Source of the DNA: Takakia lepidozioides
Taxonomy: Eukaryota > Plantae > Bryophyta
Direction: 5' to 3'
Length of the DNA: 64,000 nt
Assembly: GCA_030704615.1 (NCBI GenBank)
Contig: CM060733.1
Coordinates: 32,922,001-32,986,000, forward strand
Below the pieces are notes generated by a model. The model was not told the DNA's origin. It ran no database searches and saw only the letters and a list, made by a program, of their open reading frames with translations. Each line of letters opens with the position of its first letter. The stretch's first letter is position 1. This document shows, in pieces, positions 12,301 through 25,394 of this stretch. The position numbers and the translations under genes were made by a program.

Positions 12301-13690
12301 ATCTAAACTTGTAGCTTCTCCTTTCTTGAAGTAGGTAGGGAAGTTAGTGGGCAACGCCTTTCAAAATAATGATGATGATATTATCTGCTTGCTCAGAAAT
12401 TTGCATGCTTGCAAATGTGTAAGAGTAGGTCAGTTGGGTTGTATATCTTTTTGAGTTGTTCCTGACAGGTTTTCGTAAGAGCTGCTCTGGCAGGAGGCAT
12501 TGAATGTTCAGTGGGAGAGCTTACCTAAGAGGACCTCCAAACTCTTTTTTGCTATGAGATGTGAGTGCTTAAGTAGCCATTGAAAGATACATGTACTTAT
12601 GCATTTGTGGAAACCAGATACGTGTAGTGATGTTTTCTTGACCTTGGACTTCTTTGCAAGCTTTACTGTGTTTGGGAAGCGCTAGCTATTGTCAAAATGC
12701 TTCCTTTTTGGTTAAAGATGGCAGATTGCATGATCATGTGTGTTCTGTAAAAAGTCATTCTGCTTTGATTGCAGTGATTGAAGAGTTTGAACAGGCACAG
12801 GGTCGCCGGCCCGGCCACCTTTCTTCTCAAGACTTGCCAGCCCTCATGGCCCTCCGTAATAAGACCGCTGAAGCTCAGGTGCTGGTCACTCTCCACTCTC
12901 AAGGAGGTGACATTGGAGAGACTGGCTTTAACTAAGTTCCCTTGCTTGTCCACCTTTACCAACTTTTCTTGTGTCTCTCATTTACAGATATCTCTGCATA
13001 TCTTTCATATCTTGTCGTAGGATTCCTTACATCTGCCTCCTTATCTACTATCTTTTGAGGACCTTCCACTCAACTAACTCCCTCTCCGTTTCAAATTGCT
13101 GCAGTGCTTAATCTGAGTGGAGCATATCCTGAAATTTTTCTTCTGAATGCAGAAAGTAGGGGAAAATGTTGTGGCAGACAATCTCCTCCAAAAGTTAGTG
13201 AGTGCAGGTGGCACAGAGCTGCCCCCTGTGTGTGCCATCATTGGAGGCATTCTTGGCCAGGTAGCACCTCAAGGTTCCTATTTTTCCTTGGTACTGTTGT
13301 CAGACTCCAAATCCAGTGGATCGATGTTTCTCACAATCGCCTGTTTGTTTGACCCCAGCAAATTTTGCAAATGGGTTGCCATTGGGTTCAAGGAGCCATA
13401 CTGTGTACCTCAGGTGGCTTACCTGCTCGAGACACATGGCATGCAACTTTTGATGTTTGAGTGAAAGTTGGTTGCTATGGTCAACCATATTTCTACGTCT
13501 GTGGGGCCGTGGACGCAATAATTGTCTTTTCTGCCTTCTTCCTTCACAAGTCTTTTGGGGCTCACTATCTCTCGGATGGATGCAGGAGCTGATAAAAGCA
13601 ATGTCTGGTAAAGGGGAGCCACTGAAGAATTTTTTCTTTTTCGATGCTACAGATGGCAAGGGCATCATTGAAACAATTCCGACCTCCTAA
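8742..13690 (+). CDS. SAE1: SUMO-activating enzyme E1 subunit 1 (SAE1/AOS1), about 10 exons
   Basis: Spliced reading: MEVPAEVLTEQEAAIYDRQIRVWGVEAQKR / LSKARVLVVG / CKNIVLAGIGSLTLIDD / SLRDFNPMVRV / VAFYTVDCRG / ELPPVCAIIGGILGQ / ELIKAMSGKGEPLKNFFFFD...IETIPTS*. GT-AG boundaries found for all exons. Confidence 0.93.
9317..9351 (+). repeat. (GA)n microsatellite in SAE1 intron 1
   Basis: Read directly from the sequence. Confidence 0.95.
10170..10800 (+). repeat. Stacked short LINE-derived 3' tails in an SAE1 intron
   Basis: Recurrent gtcc/gagcttt-ctgtggac-taaag core followed by T-rich or CATTT tracts, similar to 22170-22230 and 48220-48280. Confidence 0.5.
11050..11460 (+). mobile_element. Degenerate RTEX-like LINE 3' end in an SAE1 intron
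   Basis: With one frameshift, reads IETRISHENKTFQF-CNWKKVETDHHFFL..C (C-terminal CCHC-like motif), then a gtcccatag tail. Confidence 0.45.
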
Positions 13691-14781
13691 ACGTAGAGAC
13701 TGTTGGGGTGAAAGATGACCAGCTACTAATGTGACAATTTTGCACTGACTACTTTGTTGGGAATGCTGCTTGGTGTTACTCTGTAGAACTACTGATGACT
13801 AGATGATATGGTTTTAGTGACCTCAAACATGATGTTGCTTGAGTCTCACTTTATACCACTTTGAAGTTGTACATTGCAGTTCATTGACATGTTGGATAAT
13901 ATATCTTAATGATTTCTTTGGAGAGCAGGCTTCAAGGACCTGTTTGAATGCCGTGTGCTCTGCAAGAGACCAACCAGTTGTGTATTTGTTTGTCCTGTTA
14001 ATCACAGCACTTGAAACGAACTGTGATGGAAAGAGGGGGCAATTAAAATTGAAGCCTGACTGCCGCCAAACCTGTGCCCTTATTAGAGGAGAGTTCTTCA
14101 ACCAGGGAAGAAGAGTTTTATAGGAAATACCGGGGGACCTGCAGACTGTTCTACTGTCTCAGGGGCACATCAAAGAATGCCAGTCTGGTGAGTGTCCCAT
14201 TACAACAGAATGTGAGATTGCCTACAAGGACTTGAGATTAAAATTGGTGTGATTGTGCACATACTAGTGTCAACTGACAACAGACCAATGCCTGTGATCC
14301 AACACCAATCCCTGTGGCACCACCATTGGCACCACCTGCAAGTATCCAGAAAAATCTTGGTGCCAATGGTTGGATCCCACACCAAGATCCAACACCAAGA
14401 GCAGTATCAAGAGAGCCTATGGAAGGACCAGGAACCAGCAAGATCATCACACATTTTATTAAAAGAATATATGCAGGGGAGTGCAAGACAGGAGCATGAA
14501 CACCAAACAATCACGGTTTGTGATCAGCACAAACACTGCTCTGTCTGTTTCTTATGCTAGGAGAATTATAGCTGGATTATAGCTATCTCAAAAACTCACA
14601 ATCCAAAATATATGTGCAAGAATCAACACACTGGAGATCTACCTACAAAACTGGGCATCTACTTCCTCCAACCTCTTAGCATACACTCATGGCGGCACTT
14701 CCCGCGATGGAAAGTATGAAATCCAAGACTAAAAATTACCCCACTATCTGTACATGAGGAATGAAGCGCCAACATCTTAGT

Positions 14782-17003
14782 CTATAAAAGCAAGAGCATA
14801 CTAAAAAGAACCACAGCTGCATAAATGGCTAAGATTCTTAAAACCTGTCTCCTTGATGCACCAGATGTAGGCTGGATCCCAACTATGAAGCGGCAGGTTC
14901 CCGATGAGGGATTCTGGGTTGTGACTTGTGCCAGGCCTTGGAAATTGCAAGCTGCAGGGTTCTGGTTATTGAATTGGTAATAATCATTGAAAGCATATGA
15001 GGCATTTCCCTCTTCCGTCAGGAAGCCACATGAAGACCCACTATTGAGGGGTGTACAGTCTGCATGTGCACATGCGTATGCTACATTGGCAGCCAGTTGG
15101 CTAAGATCACCATTCGGGTTCATTACACAATACTGTGCAGGCAAGTAGGGTACATACTTAGCATTGACAAGACTTGTGTTCCCACCATTGGCACCACCTG
15201 CAAGTATCCAGAAAAATCAGTAGGTGGGAGCATCACTCAGCAATAGAAGTCTCGAGCTTCTATTTCACACCAACCTGCACAGTTTTAGGGCTACCCCACA
15301 AGGGCTACTAAGAGCATTCTTTCAGAGGACCTATGCAGGTGTGCTGACAGGGACAGTATTCCCCATACTTTGTTTATCAACCCACGGTGGCATACCCAGC
15401 TACCCCTGGGTTTGCAACCTAAGAGTGCATAATCTTCCTAACAGCTGCCACCCCTGCAATTATGCAATGCATCCTATTGAGCCAATATACAGAGAATTGG
15501 AATGTACCTGTCAGATCAAGTTCATACTTAGCTACTCCATCATAAGAAAATATACCCCAGTGCCTCTCAAAGGGGCCTGGCAAGATACTCTTGGCATCCT
15601 CATCTAGCAGGCCAAATAAGTAGCCCTCGATCTGTACACCAGGCCGCAATGGTGTGCCTTTCCCACCCAGCATATGATTCACGAGCTCCTGATTGAACTT
15701 CTGCGCATATTGTATAGTAGCATAGTTGGCACCATCGGTAGGCCACCCAATCTCCCCAATGACAATAGGCATGTTTGGAAAACCAACACTTGTCAGAGCT
15801 GACACAAGCGCATCGTAGCTCGCATCGAAGACATTTTGATAAGTGTGAACACCATCCACGACAGGATTTGCAGTACCATCAAAGAATGCATAATCTAGAG
15901 GGAAACCAGGATTTTGATAGAGACTGAGAAATGGATATAAGTTGCAGCTGAATGGGGCTCCCGTGTTATTCAAGAAATCCACAATTTCAGTCATGAGAGT
16001 AGCTATATCACTGCGGAATGTGACCTGTGATGGGAGTGAAGCTGAGCTCAAAACATCAGCATTAAAAGGGACAGTTGCCTTCACAGTGTCTGCATGTCCA
16101 GCCTGCACCAGAGCAGTCTGAATGTTCTGGAGTGCTGGAAATGTTGTGTTCTGATATATTCCCTCGTAAGCTGTCAAAAATGGCTCGTTTCCCACCGCCA
16201 CATACCTGCCAACAGCCAAAGCATTTGTTAAAATTGCAATATAGTACTTAAGGTGCTGGGTTCTGCTAATTGTTCCCAATCTCCCTCTCTATCATTTCTT
16301 TCTCTCACTTCATTTCTTATTCCTTTTGCACCCCCAACCCCAAGGTCACCAGTGTGAGTAACTCCAGCTTCAAGCAATGTTTCGGGTGGTCTCTTGTATA
16401 TTTAAGCTGGCCCCCTAAGCAAATTGATATTTGTCTTCTCTTCCAGTTGTATACAACAGTAACAACTTTCTACCTTGCTTTGAGGTGATCTCTTTCTCAT
16501 TCTAAGCCGAGTGCCTTGTCGATGACCACAAAGCCACTGCATGCACAATTATGTCTTCATGTTACCAGTGCAGTAAGATTTACTTTAGAAAAAAAATCAG
16601 AGTGGGCCCTCTCACAGATAAGAAGCACTTTGTCAATGCCATAGACGACATACTTGATGTTCACGCCATTTTTGAACAAGTACTGTGTGACATTCTCACG
16701 AACCCAATCGGACGCAGCGGAGGGATTGTTGGCGAGAGCGTACAGCATATCGTTAGGGGCCGCCACCATCACCTCTATATTCGTTGACGCCATAGATCTG
16801 AGCACCTTAAAGTCCGCATCGAACAATTTCACTTTGTTGATGTTGTTATCCTGTAGCATCTTCACAACGTAACCCGGCGGCAGGGGATTGATGGAAAACG
16901 TCCCCCAGTTTATCCCAAGCGCATCCACCATTCCCTCTTGTAATGCCCACCCTACCACAAACATCATTACCAGCCCCGCGCATGCTTGCGAACTTCCTGC
17001 CAT
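14782..17003 (-). CDS. Glucan endo-1,3-beta-glucosidase (GH17 + X8/CBM43 domain, probable GPI anchor), 3 coding exons
   Basis: Signal peptide then LGINWG...KVKLFDAD; YVAVGNEPF; VIGEIGWPTDG; YLFGLLDEDAKS..PGPFERHWGIF; X8 cysteine pattern YACAHADCT..C..ASYAFN; hydrophobic C-terminus. Confidence 0.95.
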
Positions 17004-18224
17004 CGTGGGCCCTCCCTTGGGCCAGATCGACCGTAGAATAAAGCTTCTCAAAGACGAAACCGCACCCGATGATCCACACTGTCAGTACACGCTTGCTCTA
17101 CAATACCGCTTGCAAATGCTTTAACTGTCGCTGCCTCGATTACTGCAACGAGGCTCAATGGCAGGACCCTGTTGCCGGTGAGGTGGAGTGAAAACCTCTG
17201 GAACGGCCTGAAGCTTCCTTATCTTTGCCGAGTCGTGGAAAATTACTACACGTCAGGATGTTCTGAAGGTATTCCTCCCTTTCAAGAGCAGGAAAGACTA
17301 CGCCTCCAATGCCCCACCGTCATCCCTCAAAGCTCTTCGACCGCCACCGCCCAAATGCAGCACTCTGATTGCTGGTTCCCGTCACTAGATTACCCACGCT
17401 AGGCTCCCAGGTTGAGCTCACAATGCCTAAATAACTGAGAATCAACCTCCAGGAAGAATAGACCCACGGTGTCCACACTCCTGCACACGCCATCAGCGTT
17501 AGCAGAGAGAACCCAAAATCCAAAACAGACAGACAGACAGACAGACAGCAAATGCGGGTGTCTTTAGTTAAACGAAAAGAGAAAGCGAGAGAGAGAGATG
17601 CTTACAAAGTTCAAGCAATCACAGGAAAGAAAACCACAATGCACTGCGCGGAACGAAGAGAGATTTGACCCCAGCCGAAGCTACGGTGTAGCATATGCGC
17701 ACCCGCCCGTGTGTCCGTCTGTGTGTGAGGGAGACAGAGAGACGAAGAGACAGCTGTAAAATCACAGGCAAGAAACCAAGGGCAGATTCAGGGCGAATTC
17801 TTTGCGAGCCAGCAGCAGTGCGAGAGATGGAGAGACAAAATCCACAAACAAGCCATCGCAGCAACGACCCCAGCGCGTGATCCGAGCAGCGGCAGAGCAG
17901 AGCAGAGCAGCGAGAAGAGAGAGAAGAAGAAGCGGCTGCGCAGACGATCGCTCGAACCAGGCAAGAGCCTCACTCTCCTTATTTTGTTTTATTATTGTTT
18001 TACCGAAATATCACCTGCATTTTATATTCCTTTTTCAAAATGGGCCTCGTTCAACGGCACTCTGCGCCGTAAGCTCTGCTCCCAACGCAGCCGCTCACAT
18101 TTGGCACGCTCTCGTTGGTACACGTGTCTCTGGATTCTGAATCTCATCGACATCAAATATATTTTCATTACTCAATTTTGTATTTAGTAAATTGTAATTA
18201 GTGTTCATCGTACCTATTCATGTA

Positions 18225-18264
18225 GTATGTATGTATGTATGTATGTAGGTAGGTAGGTAGGTAG
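18225..18264 (+). repeat. Compound (TATG)n(TAGG)n microsatellite
   Basis: Read directly from the sequence. Confidence 0.95.
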
Positions 18265-18669
18265 TTTTTTTTTATTTATACTTTTGTATTCACTGTTTTG
18301 CTTTTCGGGGCCAAAAAAGCCAAAAAGAAGAAAAAAAAAACCCTGAAAGGGCCATGAAGGAACCAGAAACACAAAGCTGAGACTTCACAATACAAAGGCT
18401 CTGCTATGAGATAAATTGTCTTGAAAAAGGAAAAAAAACTGGAGCTCTGGTATCCGAGATTTGAACCCAAAACCACCTAGGTGGAAGAATTGCAGATAAA
18501 TAAATAAACAGAAATGTAAATACACTCGGTGACGTGTCACTTGGGAAGTATGTGTAATTAGAAAACAGATAATAATGATAATAATACTAGTTTTATCGGA
18601 TGGATGATTGGGTGGTGCAGGGTGGCGAAGGAGATGGCGGCGCAGTGATGGGACTGCTGCCGCGCATTG

Positions 18670-21600
18670 ATGGCGGCCCGTTTGAACTGCGAGAGAGGGA
18701 GAGAGACGAGAAGAGAAGAAGGGTCGGTGGACGAAGGAAATGTCGTGTGTGGATTGTCGGTAGGTAGGCTTAGGAGGGATTGGAGACATGGAGTGTGCAG
18801 TGTTGCGGGGGAATGGGGGATGGGCTGAAGGATTGAGAGAGGTTTGTGTGCTGACATGTGTGTGATGCTAGTCCTGGGCAGTTGATAGCAAGGAGCGGAG
18901 GTGTGTAGATGGATCGAAGGAGGGAGTCAGCGACAGTAATTCACAGGAGGACGAAGTGAGTGCGCACGAGTTGATGTAGTTATCATTGGAATTGGGTTAC
19001 CTCTTCTCTCTGCGCGTGCATCCAGCTATGGCCTTCGGATTTCCGCAACGGGCGGAAAAGCAGCTGGATACCTTCGGCCTTTTTGTGTAGCAGATTTTTG
19101 GCTGTCTTCCCCGTTAGCGCTGATTTGTCCCTCTCGTGGATCGCTACTGGGTACCCCTGAATGCGGGCCACTTTGCTGTCGAGCCCCAAGGAGAGGTCGG
19201 TTTCTGTTTCCAGTGAGTTCAGTGAGACGCAAACTTGGCATTTCATGTAGAGATTCTTTTATAAATTGGGAGTCTGGCAACAAGCGATTGCTGGCGAGAT
19301 GTAGTAATTCATATAATCTGCTGTAACTTGGATTCACGGTGATTTTTCTTAAATGATCCCGTCTTCATCCGCCGGTCACAAGACGCTGTATGTTGATGTC
19401 ATCAAACAGTCACCGAGTGAATGGATCCTCTGGTATCAGCAGGGCAAGTTTGTTGCGATCAATGACGAAATTATGCCCTTGCAAATAAGTCAAACTCTAA
19501 GCCAAGCCCTGTTACTGCATTTGTCAATTTTCTGTTAGTGAATGAGCCTCACATGTGGCCTAAGTACAGCTCTTCTGCGGAAATTTACAGGACAAGATGC
19601 ATGATTCACAGGCGATGGAGCACTGGGACGGGTTGGCACTGAGTCAGCAGCTGAGCGAGGTCTGCCTTGACAAGCCCCTGGATTCCCTCAATCAGGAGGA
19701 GCATACAGTGGCAGACGCACATGATGTGGCTGTAGAGGACAGCGTGAATCTTGCAGACAATCACGAGCCACATGACTACATTGGCAGCCAGGACTTCTTC
19801 TGGTACCTGTCGTTCCACAATCTGTATGCAAGGCTGCTATTTAGCGCCAATCAACAAATCAGTTGTTCATTCAGGTCAATTTGCGGTGGTTGCATCTATT
19901 GATTACGAGACTTGGTGCAACTGATGTGTATTTCAGTGTGATGATTTATAGACGGATGCAATGAACTAAACTGCTCATTTCTCCCGTATGAAACTTGAGG
20001 CTAAAATCTGTAGACAGGGGTCTGAGGTTTTCTGTACGGACATAGTTCTGAATGTCACAATCGGAGAATAGCAAGCAGGTTCCTTCCTTGTCCCTACCTG
20101 GTTTCTACAGATTGCAGCATTAGCAGAGAAATGGATTCTGATTTCAGAATCGACTTTTGGGACTGGATTGAAGGGAAATAGCTTTTCTGTTCAGTCAGCA
20201 AGGATATTGATTGATGGTTGTGATCTTTTGGGTACAGCACACCAGATTTCATCACTCCAGTTGAGCAACAGTTTTCAGTCGATTTTGACAATAAGGTACT
20301 GTTATCATGGTGAAACTCTACCCAAACTGCTACATGCAAGCCTAGTGCTGCTCAGATGATTCGCTTGCATCACAAATCGTTTTACAAAAAACTAATGGCA
20401 AAGTAGATTTATCATGTGGGCCATCCCCCAATTATCCTCCACCGACTATGGGATCTGCATATCTCTTGTGTCTCTGAGATATGAGCAACACTTTCTCCAA
20501 GCATCACGAGGCAGTACAAATAGACACAGCTGCCAGTATAATTCAACCAGTGGGATTTGTCCTTACAGGAGTCTATACTCGACCAACGGTCAACTTTTGG
20601 ATTGACACCATTGCGAAGTAAAAGGCCAAGGCCAGGTAAGAGATCTACCGGAAAGCTGTGAAGCCAAGGTGTCATTCCAAGTTCCTGTGCTGTATTGATA
20701 ATTAGAACTTATCTTTATTTGCAATTTTGCACTACATGCTGTCAGTGAAAGAGTGTTCTTTTGAAGCTGTTTAGCTTCCGACCTCATGATGGCCAACCAG
20801 ACCAATCTCTCTGTCCGAATTTGAGCTTAGAATGTTTCTACCCACTGTCTGTAGCCTACTCCTAGGTTTGATTGCTGTTATGGCTTGGCATATCATCACA
20901 ATCCTGCAGCTTTTGGAGCTTCTGAGTCCAGCTAGAAAACTGTTAAGGTTATTGACACAGGAATCTGCGGGTCATTCACCATGTCCAAGGCATGAGTATG
21001 TCATGCTATTCAGGACACTCTTTTGTGCACCCTCTCAAGGTATCCCTCTGATTGGTTGTGACTTGTCCAGACACACTACATAGGCAATACCCATCAACCT
21101 GGCTGAAGGAAGACCAGACAAGCACACATCCGGAGGGCCCCCTGGTGGGAGATGAAGGTATCCCATCAACAGAAAAGAAATCACAACTGCAGGGAAGTTC
21201 AGGCTACTCTGCACCAATTTCCCGTGCACGGCTGACCTCCATGCGCCGGCGTGTGCAATCTCCAGTCTCCATTCGGAACCCCTTTTTGCAGGGAGTACCA
21301 GAAGACAATCTGGATGCTTTTAGCAAGTTGAGATCACAAGGTATACAATGGCACTAGCAGAGTTCCAAGCATCTTCATTTCAATCTTGTTAGTAGTTGTT
21401 GTTTTGGAAGGCAGGGCTGAATTTGGTTTGCAAAGCACTGGCTGCAGTCAAACCAGTGCAAATCAATAATTGAGATTTGCCAACTCCTGTGTACTGTAGT
21501 GCTGGCAATGGTCTTTTACTGTATGTTTTCCAACATGTGTCCAGGTTCAAATAATTGTTGTTTGTTGTGGTTGCAGCTCATCTGTCACCAATGTTTGGGC

Positions 21601-24304
21601 AGAACAATGTTTCCCGTTACCGGGAAGATTTTCACGAGATTCAGGTCTTGAAATTTGGGTTGTCTCTCTCCCTCTCACACACACACTCGTAGGCTTTCTG
21701 GGCACAAAAGATATGCTCTTTTTCTCTCCTTTGTGCTACTCACCTTAGTGTGACCCACAGTCGAATCACAGTGATATGTGCCACACATGATGTAGATCAT
21801 AGTTCTGGGATCAAAATTGTGTTGTCTGGCATGGTCACCACCCTTATTTATCAACACTCTATTCCCTGTTGCTCGGTAGCTGTTGGCTGTATGTGAGTGC
21901 CATGTACGCACCAAGTACCATGGTGGGTGGAGACTGGAGACCCAGTGAGGTCCTTGAGGGGAGTATGTCAACAAGATACATAGTGATCGAGGAGTCTCTG
22001 TCCTGTACTAACATGTTTGGTCCCTTTGGGCTTCCCATCTATTTATCAAGTTTTTCATTAATCTCTCGCTGATGGTTGGCACCCCCAACTTTTCTGCCTT
22101 GTTTTCATCCCATAAGTGCCAGTGACAATGGTGAATTGCTGTTCCTATTCTTTCTTTCTTTCTCTCTTCCCCATAAGCTCTATGAGCTTTCCGCGGACGT
22201 TATAAAGCATTCATTTCATTTCATTTCTCTAAGTTTAATTTTGTTTCATTTCTCTCAGTAATGAAGTTGCTTTTTTTATTTTCCTTTTACTATTCCTGGT
22301 AAGCCACCTGTGGTGACGAAGATTTTGGTGATGTGAGTACCAATTCACGTGCATGTCAAGTAGGCTATGGCAATCTAAGTCTAATGAGTGCAGATCCTTG
22401 TCTTCTGTCTCCCGTCCCCCAAAACAAGTACCCACTATCAATGGTTCAGGGAGGTGTTATTGAAATTCAGTCCTTTGCTGTCAACTTCTGGTAAAATGCA
22501 GGAAATTGGACATGGTGATTTCAGCCGTGTTTTCAAAGTCCTGAAGCGAATTGATGGGGCCCTTTATGCAGTTAAACGTACACTTCACCAACTGCGACTA
22601 GACAGTGAGAGGTGCTGCTCTATGTTCATTTGTATCTGTCATGGAAGTGAGTGAAAGCAGGAACTGACCTTGTCCGGCTGCACTTCTACCAGCGATGATC
22701 CAGTATGAGGAATGATAGGTCTCCTGTGTTTAGTCAACAATGAAATGAACGACTGAAAAGGAACATAACATGCTTCTAGAAGACTTACTCAGTGGTGCTG
22801 GCAGTGCAGGAGGCGAGCACTCACGGAGGTGCAGGCACTGGCAGCTGTAGGTGAGCTGACTTCACTAATGTGGTGGTGGAGGAAAGTAGTGATTTAAGTT
22901 GAGAATCCTGGTTTGCTCTAGGATATCATTAAGAAGCTGGTTGGTAAGATGGATTGTTGGCCATGAATTCATGAGATTCTCCATGGTCATTTGGAAGTTT
23001 CTGTTCTCTAGGCTATCAAGGTTGTTGTCAAGGGGTCAAGCAAACAAATTGACCTAGATCTAACCATTGGACTTGGCTCAATTTTTCAACTACTACATGT
23101 GTGCATTGTGATTGGATGACTCAGGAGCCCATGAGAATGTGGTGAGGTATTACACAGCCTGGTTCGAGAATGACTATCTCTACATCCAAATGGAGCTCTG
23201 TGATCACAACCTTACACAGCTGCGAGCTTCTGATCCAGTTGCATCACTTGAATGCACCTTGCTCGAGACCATGCGGCAGGCAAGTTCAGCCACAATATTC
23301 AGCTGTACCTCTTCTAAAAGTCGGTTCTCCCCTGCAAATGTCACATTGTTGTCAGAGATGCTGAGAATCTCGTTTATGAAGTCTACCCAGTAGGTGGTCT
23401 AGTCAAATTGTTGTGACTGTTCTAAGTTAAGTGTTGAAATGCTGCCAGATAGCAAAGGCACTCTCACTTATTCATTCCAAGGGCCTAGTCCACTTGGACC
23501 TGAAGCCAGACAACATTTACATCCTCAATGGCATCTACAAGCTAGGCGACTTTGGAAGGGCCACATGCACTGATGGGAGTCTGATAATTGAGGAGGGTGA
23601 TGGGCGCTATATGCCATTGGAAATATTGAATGATGATCACAGCCAGCTCCAAAAGGTGGACATGTTTGCGCTTGGGGCGTCAATATATGAGCTTGCAAGG
23701 GGCTCACCACTGCCTTCTTCTGGGCCCAGCTTCCAGGCTTTGCGGCAGGGGAAATTGACACTGCTCCCAGGCTTCTCTACAACATTTCAGTCTCTTCTCA
23801 AAGTGAGTGTGCACAAGATTCTATTTGCCTGTCTGATTATTGTGGATAGACTCATGGATTTCGTATGAATTTGGCAGTCCAACAATGGGAGTTTTTTATA
23901 AGTGTGTTTATGGGGAACTTGATGGCTCATTTGCACTGGAGGATTTACCACAGCTTCTCTTAAGTTGCTGGTCTGCCATGGATATGGACAGAGAGGGCAA
24001 GGCAATGGAGTGCTAGATACCTGTAGCTAGGCATTGACATTTTAGTTGAACATGCAAATGTTTTGCATGTGTGCAATTTGCAGTAGGTTCTGCTTCTTTA
24101 TTGGAGGTTTCTTATCCAGATGTTTGCAGTTGCAACATCTGCAAGCTTAAAAAGTGTATCAGTTGCTAAAAAAATTATGGGTGGATGGTGATGCAGGGAC
24201 TCGTGAATCCCAACCCAGTACAAAGACCCACAGCAGACGAATTGCTCCATTTTTCCATCTTTGATGATGACATTTGTGGGTCTAATTTAGTCAAGCTCAG
24301 CTAG
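18670..24304 (+). CDS. WEE1: WEE1 cell-cycle kinase (multi-exon; the first two exons, ~18670-18763 and ~18882-18955, are inferred)
   Basis: N-terminal SQDFFC-TPDFITP; kinase IGHGDFSRVFKVLKRIDGALYAVK, HENVVRYYTAWFE..LYIQMELC, HLDLKPDN, KLGDFG, Wee1-signature EEGDGRYM; last exon ending ...LVKLS* at 24304. Confidence 0.93.
21880..22230 (+). repeat. RTEX-like LINE 3' tail with hairpin and (CATTT)n in a WEE1 intron
   Basis: cccataagctctatgagctttccgcggacgttataaagcattcatttcatttc, nearly identical to the reverse complement of 48220-48280. Confidence 0.6.
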
Positions 24305-24499
24305 ATTGAATTGAGCTTCTCTCTACTTATAAACGAGAAGACTGTCACAAGGATAGTAACTGTTGATTCTGTCATTAAGAATCAGGATGCAAATCAAAGT
24401 GGCTTGCCAGTGACCTTCCAGATGTCACTGAGCAAAGAAATCACTTTCCAAAGGTAAGTTAATCATTTTAACTTTTTGGTCTTGGCTCTTTGCTCTTTC

Positions 24500-24620
24500 G
24501 CCAAGAAATTAGCCCAGTGGTAAGGGCATAAATTACTTCATTAGTGGTTGCGGGTTCTAACTACATGCTGAAAGTCGTAAGGGTGTCCACCTTCCACTGA
24601 AAAGTGGTAACCCTTTGGGA
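24500..24620 (+). mobile_element. Degenerate tRNA-derived SINE-like sequence
   Basis: A-box-like TAGCCCAGTGG (24510-24520) and B-box-like GGTTCTAAC (~24553), about 33 nt apart; no tRNA cloverleaf. Confidence 0.3.
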
Positions 24621-25394
24621 TCAAATAACACCATAATTTATGCGTGCTTTGGTAACACATCCACGTATTTGGTTGTTTCATTTTGACAATTCAAGGTTGT
24701 TTATCCGGAGAAGTTTATGTAGACAATTCTAGGTGGCATATTGGGAGAAGTTTACCATAAAGTTTCCATAGAAATCCATATCTTAGCTGCTCTAGTAGGC
24801 AGCCAATCCTCTTTCCGCAGGGATCTCTTAGGACAGTTGCAGCCTAGAGTGTCCTCAATTTGGTGTCCCGGCATACTTTATGACCCATGCAAGCACATTT
24901 CTATGAAAGTGAGGACTTGGTATCATGCTGCCTGTACATATCCTCCCTCAAGCCTCATCACAAAATATTTTAATCCCCGAAAGTATTGGACTTTTTAAAA
25001 AGTCCCTAAGGGTCCATGTGTAACAGTCCTTAACAAACATCATCATTATGTTTTTCTTTTTGTCATTATTTCGATCAACACAAAATTCTAGCGAGGACTG
25101 AAGGCCGGTTAGTTTAGCAAGGGCTGCCATAGTGCCACGTCATCGTCATCACCGTCACGTCATCGCCATTGTTGTCAGCTGTGTCATCGCCATCAATTGT
25201 TTTTGGAACCTGCCCAAAAAGCCCGAAAATACCAGAAGTGTTTTGTAGCGCACCGAGGGATGATGATGTCACCGTGTTTTTTGGGCGCGGAGGGGTTTCA
25301 CACAGCGATTTCAGAGGGGGATCTTACATGGTGGATGCTGCACAACCTTTTTGCATTTCAAAATGGGGATGGGCTGCAGTTTGAGGATTCCAAA

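Noticed and set aside
24500-24580. tRNA gene
   Set aside because: A- and B-box-like motifs are present but no acceptor or anticodon stems can be formed; at most a SINE relic.
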